A DNA stretch of 64,000 nucleotides from Antechinus flavipes (taxonomy: Eukaryota), in NCBI RefSeq assembly GCF_016432865.1, contig NC_067401.1, forward strand, positions 207,514,001 to 207,578,000, given 5' to 3'. This document shows positions 39,901 to 59,495 of this stretch, piece by piece. The position numbers and the translations under genes were made by a program. Below the pieces are notes generated by a model, which saw only the letters and a list, made by a program, of their open reading frames with translations, searched no databases and was not told the DNA's origin. The number at the start of each line of letters is the position of its first letter. Position 1 is the stretch's first letter.

Positions 39901-42900
39901 GGACAATAAATATTTATCGAGCAACTACCCTGTGTTTCGTAGGAGATACATGAGTGTACGTGAGATGGGGTCCCTACCCCATAGAGCTACCAGGAGCTCG
40001 CGCAAACTCACTGCCGAGTGCGGAGTGCGTCTTTGTCCTGGCATCCCTAGCGCCCAGCACAGTGCCTAGAGCATAGCTAGAATTTAATAAAAACAAACAA
40101 ACAAACAAAAACAAAAGCTTGTTGAATGATTGATGATAGAATAAGACATCAACTCATGTTAAGGGTGGAGGCGATCCAATAAATCTATCCCCATATGTTA
40201 ACAAGATGAAAACAAACCTCAGTCAACCAGTCTGACCAGGTGGAAATGTTCTAGACTTGCCTGAAGATAGAAATGCTATTCCCTTCTCCAGGAATGACTT
40301 CCTTCTCTCATCTTCCCAAATAGGTTCTTAGCCCCAAGAAAAAGACACCTGGTCTTTGATGTCTCAGCTCCCGTTTCTGTCTTCTGAAGGTTTCACTGTA
40401 CTCTACCGAGGCACCCTGGATAGAGGCGACTTAGCATCAAAAAAACACTTACTCTAGGTCCCCACATTAAAGAAGCAATAATATATCATATCGAAGGTTG
40501 TATTATAAGTAATTACTCATCCCTGAAGAGGATCGTTGGTGATTGTGTTGTACTAAACCAGTTCTTAATCCACTCCAGAACCCTGCCTCCGCCTTTTTAT
40601 TCATTCACTAGATGAATATATTTAGAAATGGAGGAGATAAAAGATCAGATAAGCCCATAGGCCCAGATCTCTCAGACGCTTTATTGATTCACTTAAATGT
40701 TTATGAAAACCTTATAGGTAAGGTCCTGTCCTTACAAAGCAAACCAACCTCCTCTCCTCAATTCAGAGTGGGAAGCTTGCATGGATCTCCAAAGCTTTTC
40801 CTTTACCACTCCCTCTTCCTGTTTCTTTCTGCCTTCTCCCTCCCCTCCCCCCTCTCTCTCTCCCTCTTCCCCCTCCAACCCCCCCGCCCGCCCCTTCTCT
40901 AGTCTGATAGTTTTGAGGTTTGAGGACATGAATCTATTAGGAGGTGGGGGAAACTCGTGCTTAGACAACAGTTCTCAAAATAGTGTTCATAAGGGGATGT
41001 CCCCGCTTTACTCCTTTGGGACTTCTTCCCCCAATATCACGAGCGTGTATATGCTTGTATTTTCCTAACGTGCATTTTCCCCCGTTGATAAGTCTTTATA
41101 TAAAGAAGCATAATAACGAACTATTTAAAAACTGTGTTACACTCAAATGAGGATATGTGAGAGGAAACTCCCAATATACTCTTCTATGGAGGTGGGAGAT
41201 CCACAGGTGTTAAACATAATTTTGCATTGCCCATATTTTTGGACTTTCTCAATGTATTCATCAATTATGCAGACTTTCCCCCTTCTCAAAAACAAATAAA
41301 CCCCAAAATCAACACTATTTGTCATATGGGATAGCTGGGGGGGCTAAAGAGGAGAAGAAGGAAACATGGGATACTACAGTGATGTAAGAAATAGAAAATA
41401 TCAAGATATTTGTTAAAGCTTCAATATTTACATCCTGTAAGAAAGAAAACTCCTTAAAATGGTTGATTGCTTTAAAAATAAATTATTATTGTCTGAGGGA
41501 TGCCTGTATATATTTTCTCTGTGTCTCTGTCTCTGTCTTGCAATCTTTATTTTATGTACCAAGAAACTTAAAAAGACCTGCTTTCTTTAAAGTGGCTTTA
41601 TTTATCTGAGGAAGTTGGGGGGAAGAATGGAGGCTCTGAGAAAGGACCCTACTAAGTCAAGAAGTTAGACCTTTGCAATGAATAGGGAGGGGGTACAGCT
41701 TCCTCCTCATTGTGGAACCTGAGATCACTAGCTCCTACCCTTTCTGGCTCTTGTGAAAAGGAAGCTTGATGGGCTATACTTTTCCCTCCCAGACTGACCC
41801 TCATCAGGTGGTAAGATCTTCCTCCTGGGGCTTACTTGTCTTATTTCTATTACCTCCAAAGAACCCCCATCCTCAGTTACCTCCCCCACACTGTTATCCT
41901 AATCTATCTCAGCCTGAGCTCTTCCTAGGCCCTGAAAGTCACTATTATTTTTTTAAATTTTCCATTTCATCCTAGATACATTTATTGAAGCTTGGCTTTC
42001 TAATTTAGTAAACTGTATTTTTATTAATACTCTTTTTTATATCATCCTAATTTCTCAACATACCTTCTCCCTCTTTCCCTAGGGGGTCATTACTCATAAT
42101 GAAGATTTAAAAAATCCTAAAAGTTGGTCTTGTCTTACAGTATATGCAATATTTCATACAATATTCCCTCCCTTCTGCATAGAAAGGAAGAAGGTCCTAT
42201 CTTTTCTTCAAAATATCTCAATTCTTGGTACCCTCCCTGTTGTTGGCTGCTTCATCTCTCACAAATTCTGAGGTACAGTGACAACAGAGAAATTGGCATA
42301 CTTCTTTCTCTCCATTGTTGTTTTCAGATCTTACCTCTCCCTCTATCAATAGGCAATTACCTTTACAATTCATTTCATCCAACCAGATTTTTGTTGGAGT
42401 CATCCATGGACTACCAGGTTACTCTCTCCAAGGAGATTTATCAAACAAATACCTCCTCACCATAGAGAACAGGATTTTCTGGCATTAAAAAGATGAACAT
42501 TTATACAAAATCATCTTAAACTCAAGAAGTTCTGTGCCTGACTTTGAAGGCTTTGCTCCCACCTTAACCCACACCTTCTTTAAATACTGTGACCTTCTAT
42601 TTCTTTAGTCTCCTCAGTTTATATAATCTTTCACCAGATTACTTCAGCTACTCTCAGGAATAGGTCTCCTCAAACTGAATTTGCTCCAGAAGCTAAAATT
42701 CTCCTGATTGTTCTGCATAGAACTCTAAGGGGCAAGGGAAACCAATGCTTGATCTCTCCCAAATTTAGTATCTATTCCAGGTACTTAGCCCTTTCTCCAG
42801 AATTGAGTTTACATTCCCAGTACTTTTCTTCTATTCTTAATATTAAGCTCCAATCCCGTACATTTAGTATCATCCCCAAACTTTGGACCCCATGGCCAGC

Positions 42901-43896
42901 TTTTAGTCTAATCTTTGCACTTAGCTCCTCTTACCACCACCTGTCTCCCTTAGGACAGTATTTATTTTATATTCTCTGTACTTGGCTCAATCCCAGCATT
43001 TAGCACACAGTCCTCAGCACTCACCCTTCTTTCCTTAAGCTAGGGGCGTTTTAGATTGGTCTTTCTAGAATTATGGTCTTTCTATATAAGAAACATTTAT
43101 CCACTATCCTATCTCCAGTACTAAAAACCAGCCTTTTCCTTTTCCTCCTGTGCTCCTCATTCCAGGAATTATGTCCTAGGAGGATGTCCCCCTCCCAGTA
43201 ATCTCTGATCCAGTCTTTCTTTCATCCACAGTGAGAGAAAAACCAACCAACCTATGTTTATTAGGTTATTGCTTATGTTTATTAAGCACCTACTATGGGG
43301 TAGGCATTATGTTAGGTGATGGAGATACAAATACGTTGGTCATTGACATCAAGGGTCTTACAATTTTACTGGGGAAACAGCATCTATAAAAGCAGGCATA
43401 TATATCACAACCACAAAATAAATTGAATGCATTTTTGGAGGGCAGATCCTAGTAATTGAGGAATCAGGAAAATCTGTTTGTAGAAGGTATATAAATTGCT
43501 TTTACTTTACTCCCCTAGTTGATTTCTCTCCCATCACTCCAATTGGGGTTAGGAGGAAAGGATGAATTATGCAACATATAGAGAGGATCCTCATGGATGA
43601 ATAAGCTTTGGTATTGGTGAACTTAGTGAACTAATGTGAAGAATTGGGATCAGACTCCATCATGAGATGTTTCTTTGTGAGACCAAAAGAAGATATGGGT
43701 GAATGGAGAAGGTCTGTCTCCCCTGCCTGATACCATATTCCATTAAGGTTGGGAGAAAGACCCCATTCCGATGGGGTGGGTAGGGAGAGGAAATAAAAGT
43801 TTGATTTTATATAAATGTTCATCTTTTTAATGCCAGAAAATCCTGTTCTCTGTGATGGGGTATTTATTTTGTGATAAATCAAGCTATATGTTAGAG

Positions 43897-44090
43897 CAGG
43901 GATAGGAAAGTTTCTTTTTCTGCCAAGGGCCATTTGGATATTTCTAATAGTGTCTGCAGGCCATACAAAATTATCAATTTATAGAACTCAAGCAGTGGGA
44001 GCTTGTTATACTTAGTTTTCAGCTCATTAGACTTAGCAAATGATTTCATGAGTCCTATATGGCCCAAGGGCCAGATATTCCCCACTCTCA
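43897..44090 (+). mobile_element. Internally deleted hAT-Charlie-type element
   Basis: Starts CAGGGATAGGAAAG...TTCTGCCAAGGGCCATTTGGATATT and ends GGCCCAAGGGCCAGATATTCCCCAC; degenerate TIRs. Confidence 0.55.
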
Positions 44091-47077
44091 TGGTAAAAGC
44101 CGGAAGCTTCTGATGGATAGTAACATAAGGGGAATATGATTTTTAAATCTTATCCAGGGGTACACATATGCATCACTCCAGTTTCATCCTTGCTATCATT
44201 ACTTTCCATTTCTATAGCATTTTGTTGTTTGCTAAAACTTTAATAATCATAATGTATTATTTAATTAGTGCAATACATATTAAATAATGTGATTAATATG
44301 TAAATAATGTATTATTTCACTATGGGATGGTCTTCTTTCTGAAGAGGGTAGTACAAATATTTATGGGGAAAGGCAGGTTCTGGACTAATGACTTCATTAG
44401 TGAGAGACTCTCAGCTTTTGAAAACTGTCCTTCAAAGCAGATAGATAATTTATGTTCAACTTAGGGTGTTGAGAAATTAGGTGATGTGCACAAGGTCAAA
44501 TGGCTGCCATGTTTTGAGATAGGTCTTTATAACTCCAGAATTTAACTTCTATTCCTTACATGAAGATGCTTGCGAGTACCATTCATTGTAACCATTTTAC
44601 CGGTGAGGAAAGTGAGACTTGAGAGACATTAAAAGACTTGCCTAGTCATACACATTGAGCGGAAGAGCTAAGACTTCAACCCAGGTGTTTTATTCCAGTA
44701 CCATTCTACCCTTTCTATTATTACAATCTGCCCCACACCCACTTCCTCCCTCCCAAACACATTACAGGATAGCTAGAAGAATATAGGACTCCCCCAAGTG
44801 TTCAAAGATCCTTGGCCTTTATTGACTGAGACGTAGAAACTCAGATTGAGCACTGTTCCATTTCTTCCGTCACAGGCAATGCACCTAGAGACAACATCCA
44901 GATGTTGGAAGCCTCTGGTAGCCCCATCTCTGGCCGCATGAGGTCAGCATAGTGCCACCCACTGTCTTCTCGGCTCCGGAGCCTTGAATCCCTATAGAAA
45001 ATCAGACTAAGGGGCCAGTTTTATTAAGCTGAAGGGGTGTCACCTAAGACGGGGGAGAGGGGAACCCCTCTTCAAGTCACAATATTGGTGAGAGAAAAAT
45101 TTGGGGGGATGTTCTGTTTTCTTCCACCCAAATCTCATCCCCAGACCTGGATTTTCCCAGCTCTTTGTACACTTTACTTCATTTGTTTTCCAATTCCTTA
45201 ATCCTCCCCGCCACCATACATACCTCCGCCTACCCCATCTAGCTTCTCCTTGAGAAGCATGACTGTTGTCATGACAACCAGTTGGTCAGTAGGCCCTACA
45301 GGCAACTCCAACAAGAACCCCCTACCCCATCCTCCTCCTTCCTAAGGCTAGGGGTTGGGAAAGGCAGAGGAAAAAATACTCTTGTTTTTTAGGCAGACAG
45401 AAAAAGAAGTGAGAACAGTCACTTAGGTTATCTGTCCTCAGGCCATTACTCCAACCCTGGACCCCATTCCCAGTTAGGCTTGAACCGGTTAGAGTGGATT
45501 GACAGTGGAACTGCAGAGAGTTCGGCTGGCTATGAGGAAGTATCTCTTCATAGGTCCTAGGGTGAAGGACATTGAAACAAGGGACCAATGTTAATAAACC
45601 CTTCCAACTTCTACACCAGACCTCCCTCTTTTCCCTCTCCTTAGTGCACAATCTTCCCTATATTGACACTAAGGTGGGCTAGACCAAAGGGCAAGGAGGG
45701 GTGATCTTAGGAAAGCCAAAAACACTGAGTTGGTTTCAGATTCTAAAAGGCAGCTTCAGCGCAAATTCTCTCTCCCAGGATAAAGGGCCATAGAATGTTA
45801 GAACTGAGAGGGACCTCAGAGACCATCTACTTTAACCCTCTCGTTTTACAGATGAAGTGAGCGGTCCGTGGAAGGGAAGTGACTAGAGCAAGAGCACTCA
45901 GCTATTGACTAAATTTGCTGCTCATACAAATTTTCTGATCCCAGATGCTGTGATTTCCACAGCTAGCGCCACAGAAACGAGAAGGGAAGATTGGGGGACA
46001 ATAGGAAAGTGAAGACCAGCTTGAACACCCTCATTGGTAGTTCCTACTATCCCTACAGGGCCAGGAATATTCCGTGGGAGCCAGAATATCTCACAATTTC
46101 TAGAACTTCAAGTGACTCAGAGTTGTTTTCCACTCATTTCACCTGCCACCACTCACACCTTGACCTATGGACTTGCAAAAGTGAAGGAGAAATAAGAGGT
46201 GTGTGTGTATATATGTTCAGTTGGTCACCCCTATATTATGATCCAGAGCCGGGGAAATGCTCTCTAGGGTATCCACCTACAATGTGACTTTGGCGTCCTA
46301 TCTTTTGCTATAGCATGCTTGATTTCCTAGCCTCCTAGTCTCCTTTCAATATCATTCTCACCCCTTTTACTCCCCCCTTTCCCCTCTTCTTCCCAGTCTT
46401 TATCCATTCAAATCTTCAAAAGCCTTTAAAGAATACTGGGGAAGGGGCGACCTCTGCCTATCCTCATGGAGACTCAGGTCAATGAGGAGAAGGGTTGCTG
46501 CAAAGGAGAAGGTTTCTCGGCTGGAAGAAGGGAATCAGAAAAAGGGACTGACTGTAGGCAGGGTTGCGTGGTGCAGAGGGAAATAGGGGTTTGGGATCCC
46601 CCTGTCGCATCTTTTCTTTACGAGGGGTAATTGTTAGGTGGGACTTTGGGGGAGGCGGAGTTGGGGGGATGGAGGCGGGGCTCAGCTGCGCTGGGAGGAA
46701 GAGGGGGGGCGCACTGGCTCGGGCTCCCGGCTCAGACAAAAGGCGGCGGCGGGAGCGGGAGGGAGGCGGAGCGGCGCCGGGAGGGCCTCAAGGTGACACT
46801 TGCCCCCAGTCCCGGCCCCTCCGCCCCGGCCCAGCCCCCCCAGCCCTCACCCTCCATCCCACCCTCCATCCCCTAGTGCCTTTCCCTCCCCAACCCGGCC
46901 TCTCCAACCCCAGAACCCTCCACCGGCTCCCTCTCCACCCCCCGCGGGGGGTGGGGAGCAGCCAGGGCCCCGCCCCCTCCCGCCCCCCTTCCCCCTACCT
47001 CCAGGCCAGCACAGGATGCCCCCGGCCCCCGGTGGCCCCCAGGGAGGCTCCGAGCTCCGCGCCCCCCACCCTGCGCC

Positions 47078-52989
<5,912 letters not shown>

Positions 52990-55900
52990 CCCCTCCCTCC
53001 CCCATCTGTCGAGAGGGGGTGGGCGGCAGAGGGGGAGGTGTCGCCAGGATTGAGGGCATTGGACGGTCTTCCCACCGCCGACCCGCTCACGCCAAACTTT
53101 GTCCCCAGTCCCCGCCCGGGGAGCCACGGGTGTCCGAGTGACCACGAGCAGAAGGGGGCGCTTTGAGGGGGGTGGACAGACCAGCCCGGACTGAGACCTA
53201 GTTTCCCCTCTTATATGAAGAGTAGGGGTGGTGTGTGTGCGTGTGTTTGTACGTACGTATGTCTGCGTGGGGGAGGGGGAGACCGGCCCAGAATTTTCAG
53301 AGATTCCTATGATTCAGAACCATCCCGGCCAAAGCGGCTCCTCCGACCCTTGCCAAATCCTGTATTTCTAAGGGCATTAAGGGACGAAGCCTCACCCGAA
53401 TGGGCTTGGGACCCAGCCTTTTACCAGATCTTCCGACTGTTATATGGGGTCCTGTTATCCCCCTCTTCTGCTCACTCCACCCCACCCCCTTCCTTGTCAG
53501 CCTACTCCATGGGAGAGGCAGGGTCTTATAGAGCTGAGGAGAGAAAGACCTTAGGTGGAGGAAAGATACTGGGGAAAGCCTGAAAGAAAGGGCTTCCCCT
53601 CCCTCTTCCTCCACTTCACCCCATTTGGGATCTGTGCTGGAGACTTGGTGGAAGGACAGGATTCCCGTTAACCTCTTAATTTGAGTGGGTCTCTGCATGA
53701 GCTCAGCACTCTGGACATCCCTACTTCAATTCCATGGAAAATCCTGAAATCCTTCCCTCTCTGGCCTCTTCCTGCTCCTCCCCCCCAGGCCAGTCTCTTT
53801 TCTGCTTCTCTATCTCCTTAAACCTCTTGTTTATCTTTCTGGTCCCAGGAGTCCAGGTTTCCAGAGGGATGCCTCTTTTCACAAAGACATTACCTACCTT
53901 TGGATCTCTTTCTTTTGTCCTGGAGGAATGAGATCCAATAGTAGGGAGAGAGGACAACTGGATTCCTTTCCTAAACTCATTTGGGTTTCCATTTCTCCAC
54001 CTAGGACAGAGGTCAATGCCTTCTCTAGAGGGGAAGGCTGAGTGGGTGAGATGAGACACAGGATGCTGGCCAGAAGAACGACAGAACAAAGTGATCTGGG
54101 CTGAGAGGACTTGATAGGGAGAGGAGCCAGAAGAGAGCAGGGGTGTAATTTTGAGGGAAGAACCTGGACCAGAGTGGAGAGGGGAGGAGTTGGGCTTCCT
54201 TTTGTGCCCTCTCCTCCACATGCCCTGAGCTGACAACTTTGTCCTAAGACTAAATTGGAGAAATGCTGGATTCCAATGTTTGGGGGCTCTTCGGGATATA
54301 TTTATACCCCAATCCCAAGCACCCCTAGCCCTATGAGCTTGGGTCACTGCTGTGTATCCTCGGTTCCCTTAAGGCAGGAACAAGCCCTGCCCCCGTTTTA
54401 TTCTCCTGCTGTCTGTAGCTTAGCAGCCTTTCATTCCTGCTGCTCCTAAACTCTATTCACTAACCTGGTCCTTTAGTGCAAAAGGGCCCCAGCACTTCCT
54501 TTCTGTGTCTGGTTGTTGCAGCCTGCATGTCTGTGTGCTACCCTTGCCTCCCAAGTGTCTGTCCCCAGCTCAAGCTCACCTCTGCTGATTTAGAAAGGCA
54601 GAAGTAGTCCGGAGATGAGTTTCTGTAGGTCTTGAACTAGAATTTTCTTTCCCTTGCTTTCTCCCTTCTCCCTCAGAGGACACCTAGAGGTAACACCCCT
54701 TCCCCCCACCTTGGGCCCAGCAATGTCAGTGCCCCCTCATTGTGGCCTCCACCTATGCAACATCATTTCTGTCCCCATATCCCTCCTCATTGGAGGTTTG
54801 GGGAAGGACAGATTCAGGAGGCACTGTTTCTGAGCAGTTTTTCTAGGTGTTAGGGCCTGGCTCCGATTAGATTGGTGTGTGGACATGTGCCTGTGTGTAT
54901 GCATTGAGGGCTGAGAGGCCATGGGAAGGTGGTACCAGAATGTCCACTAGGTTTCTATGGGAGTTGTTCTCCCCATCTTTCCCCCATTGTCCAACCCACC
55001 ATCAACCGCCTTCCTGTGTCTGTACCCCCTTTCCCCTTCTGTCTGTAGATTGGTCTGAGCCATCTCTTCATCCCACCTAAAAGACAGGTCAGATCTAGGT
55101 GGAGAGGCAGAGGATCCCCCTCCCCACCATTACACTTCATGGCCAGTCCCATCTCTACTTTGTTGCACCTACTTGTGAAACATCTTGTTTCTTCAGAAAG
55201 AAGGAAAACCATTACAACCCATTCTCCTCAGAAAGGGCCTGAGTGGTCATGGTGGAAATGTAGAATGCCCTTTGTGTGGATGTGAGCCAAGGAAAGGGGA
55301 TCAGGACTTGGGCCTCTCATTCCTTGCCTGTATTCACCCTCCCTGCCTCGGGGGACACACAAATACATACACACACAAAAAGGCAGACTTAGAGAAATGA
55401 ATACTTTGGTTCTTGCTTGGTGAATCTGATTGGCAGGAGAAATTCAAACCAGTGAAATTAATTAATCTCTAAAATTAAACCTTACACTGAATGTTCTCAT
55501 TCCTCTGATGAGGAAGTCTGCTAGCAGCGCACACACATGCACACCCACACATTCACACTTGCACAGAGATGGAACCAAACTCACAGAGGCGCACAGATGG
55601 GCCAGGCTGCGGGACTCACACATGCACACTCCCCACTGGTGCTCTGCTAGTCGTCGGCTGCGTGGCAGGCAGCGCCAGCCGTTCCTCCCCCCAACGCCCT
55701 GCCCTGGGGACTTGCCTGACGGACACATCTCGTGGCTCTCTGTCCGGGAGGGAGCTCACCCCTCGTCTGGGCTTCCAGGACTGGGCGATAGGGTAACAGG
55801 ATGGGGAAGATTGTCATTTCTCCATTAGTCTCTTTGACAAATACCAGGAGAGGCAGGAAGGGAAGAGCTTGTCTGTTTCCTAGCCCTCCCCACAACACAG

Positions 55901-56127
55901 GGTAAGTAGGCAGAGTGGTGGCAACCCTAGGAAGATGGAGGTAGTGGGATGCAGGCATTTACTAGCTACACATATTGGGGAACATCTGGAAAGCTCAGTG
56001 TGGTGGGGATGAGGGCTAGGGGCTTCGGGGGGGGGAGGACAGTACTCTGTCTATTGGGTGCATCACGCTGTGGCCTTTTTGTAAAGGATCTCCAAGTGAA
56101 AAGATTGTACAAACCAAACGTGGAAAA

Positions 56128-56133
56128 AATAAA
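56128..56133 (+). terminator. TMEM151B polyadenylation signal (3'UTR about 3.1 kb)
   Basis: First AATAAA I found after the stop at 52989; a weaker ATTAAA lies at 55474-55479. Confidence 0.6.
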
Positions 56134-56315
56134 GTTTTCAGATGACTCACTGACTTCCCTCAACAGCTTGGTACCTCCTTCCTTCTTTCCTCCTCAATCC
56201 CTGCCCTGTGCCTCCATTTATAGCCTTTTTGGATAGGCAGCTGGTAGTAAAGTGGGACCCATTTAGGGGATGCCAAGTAAGCCTTTTCAGCCAGAGGTTT
56301 TTCTTTCCTCTAAAC

Positions 56316-56517
56316 CAGTGGTTCTCAAAGTATGGTCTAGAGAATCCTGGGGATCTCTGAAGCCCTTTTAGAGGGTCTACAAATTCAAAAATAATTTTTA
56401 TTTCCAATATGGTAAATGTCTATAAATATAACTCAGATAAACAAAAACTCTTTGGAGAGATCCTCAATAATTTTTAATTGGATAAAGATACTGAAAACAA
56501 AAGTTTGAGAACTACTG
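56316..56517. mobile_element. hAT-Charlie-type MITE, 202 bp, with intact ends
   Basis: 14-bp TIR CAGTGGTTCTCAAA / TTTGAGAACTACTG (1 mismatch); 8-bp TSD ctctaaac (56308-56315) / ttctaaac (56518-56525). Confidence 0.85.
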
Positions 56518-57192
56518 TTCTAAACCTTGCTCTGCTCTCATGTGATACCCCTTTGAGAAGGTGGTGTGTGTGTGGGGGGGTTAGGAAGATAAGGATTGCA
56601 ATTTGATCTATACTATCCCTTCCTCCAAATTTATCACCCATGGATAGTTCCCCCCAAAACTAGTCTTGTTCCCCCATCGTTTGTGAGAAGTAGCTCAGGC
56701 AGGGGAATGACTGAAAACAAGCACAGAGCTGGAGAGAGGAAGATAGCCTTGGCTGGGTTACAGATGGCAGATGGCAATCAAGCACCCCAAAGGAGCCAGC
56801 TCTGTGCTTGTATGTATGTAGGTTGGAAGACATGTTTATCAGTGCCTCCTATTGGGTTCAAGGGAAGGAATCAGGGTTCAGCATGGAGTTAAGGAAGGCA
56901 GAGGGACAAGGAAGGACTAGAGGACAGCTGATAAGAGTGGTAGCCCAGATGAGGGAGATATTTATAGCCCATAGATGTCTCGTGAATTCACCTCCCCTCC
57001 AGAGTTCTCTAGCCATCCTAAAATTGCAACCACTGTTTCTTTCTAGTGTCCCCAACTTTTCTAGCTGGGGCCCTCCTTGCTCCAAGTCTTTAACCCCAAC
57101 CCCCTTCCCTAATTCCTTAGATTTTTTTTCCTTTCTCTTCCTTGGAGTGGGGATGGGTGGGAGCTGAAGAGGAATGGGAACAGGACAGGGGC

Positions 57193-57198
57193 TTTATT
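57193..57198 (-). terminator. TCTE1 polyadenylation signal (candidate)
   Basis: TTTATT on + (AATAAA on -), about 115 nt after the stop. Confidence 0.65.
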
Positions 57199-57312
57199 AG
57201 AAGACTGTCTTTGGGATGAGTCTGGTCAGTAGGCAAGGGGATTGGGGGTCGATGAGTGAAGGAGGTAGGACTGAGCAGCAGGTGGACACCTCGGATGCCA
57301 GTCACCCTTCCT

Positions 57313-59444
57313 TCAGCTTGCAGCACCACTGATGATACTGTTGACTGTTAAATGACAGCAGGTAGGCTGTAAGGTCCGAAGACGGGCAGCTTCTCGGTTG
57401 GCATTGAGGGCCACGCCTATGAGGTATTCACTCTCCTGGCCAATCTCAGACATCCTCAGGTCAAACTCCATTAGGGTCTTGTTGTCAGACATGCCCTCCA
57501 AAAGCTGCTTCCCACCATCCTATGCCATGGGGTGTGAGGAAGAGAATTTGGTAAGAACCAGGAAATTCTTAGGGAAGAATACATTAGAGAGGTATTGTCC
57601 TTGGGGGCACCCATCTTTTAAGAAGGGACAATGTGAGCAAGATATCCGGGCAAGGTACTTCCCCTTTGGATCTATTTTCTTTTCTGTAGAATGGGGAATT
57701 TGGAATCCATATTATCTGGAGAGCCTTCTTTCATCACTCTATGATACTATGGATCCGCAAAGTGTCCACCAGCCTTTCTCTTCCTCCAATTATTCTCCTC
57801 CTCTGCCATCCTTGCTGTATCATGTTGGTTTGATCTATTTAGGCTGGCATATCGATAGCACTGAATGCGCTGTACCATCTCACCACTGAGCCTTTGCCCC
57901 GTGGCCCCCTTGCCACCCCTTCCTAAAGCCCTCCTTGCTGACTCACCAGACCAAAGTGGTTGCAGGAGAGATTGATGCAGGTCAGAGTGGTGTTGACGGA
58001 CAGCACCTGGGAGAACAGCGAGGCTGTGGGCTCCGAGAGCTCGTTGCCCGCCAGGTTCAGGCTGGTGAGGGTTGAGTTGGTCTGCAGGGCATGGCCCAGG
58101 GCCTGCCCACCCTCATCCTCAATGCAGTTGAGGCGAAGGTTAAGGGAGAGAAGAGTGGTATTGTAAGACAGAGCATGGGCCAGGGCCTGGGCCCCTACAG
58201 CTTTGATTTTGTTGTTAGCCAGGTTGAGGATCCGCAGCTGACTGTGGTTGATCAGCTTGGCCGCAGCCCGCACACCCCGGTCCCCAATATTGTTGTGTGA
58301 CAGGTCTAGCTCCATCAGGGCCGGGTGGTCCAAGAGGCTCCGAATCAGCACACGAGCCTTGTCATCATCCACTTTGCTCCGAGTCAGCCTGAAGACCTGA
58401 GGGGGCAGAAGAATTTTGGGACATGACTGGGTGGGAACTTGTCCTGTGTGTTCTTTCTAGGAGGAAATGAGGTAAGGGAGGGAAGCAGTCTGGCAGTTCT
58501 GTCTCATAGTCGGACTTCCTGGAACTGGACTCTGAAGGTGGAGGACATTTCTCTTCTGAACGGGAGAGTAGTACAGGACGGGGAGAGGAGACAGGCAGAG
58601 CTAATTAAGACTTTCCTAGCTTATTATCAGGCTCCAGTTTCCTTATCTATAAAAATGAGGGAATTAGCAGCCTCAACTGCATCTGGATTTCCTTCCAACT
58701 CTAGATGTGGATACTGGGGAAATGTTGAGAGGTCTCATCACGGGGAAAAGGCTTTGCGTGATTGGTCTAGTGCTGGATTGTGTGTCTTGTCTCAGGAGTA
58801 GCCTGTCTTGGAAGAAGCTCATTAATTTATTTTTTTAACACACTGTGAAAAACCATTTCTTAAGTAATAATGAGGATGAAGTCTGAGCTGGGAATAGAAA
58901 CACAAAGACAAGATGAAGGTTTTCTTGAAATGTTCCTATACCGAGGCCATCCTTGGAAGCAGGAAGTTAGATCGGTCTGTGTGCACATGTGTATATGTAC
59001 ATTACTCACACATGTGCATGCATGTTTGTGGGTGTGTATATGCATATTTGTGTGCATATTTAGGACTGTATATGTATACATGCATATACACTGTGTGTTG
59101 TTCATTGCACATGTATTTGGGTGCATTGCAGCAACAGACACGTGCAAGTGTGCGTTCATATTGGTGCATGTATGTGTAAGCACATGTTGTATGGTAACAT
59201 GGGTGTGCATGTTGATGTGTTGTGTTGCATGTGTAGGTGTGTACATGTGCATTACATATATATGTGGTGTGTGCATGTGTATATAGTAGAGCAGAGGTAA
59301 AGTCAAGAGAAGGTGATAAGAGGAAGGAAAGAGAAAAGAATATGAAATGAGGAAGAAAAAGGGAAGAGAAAAAAAGGAAAAGAGATAGCAGGAAGGAGGA
59401 GAAAAGGATCAATGGACAATAGATTTACAATAACAGTAGTTTGC

Positions 59445-59495
<51 letters not shown>

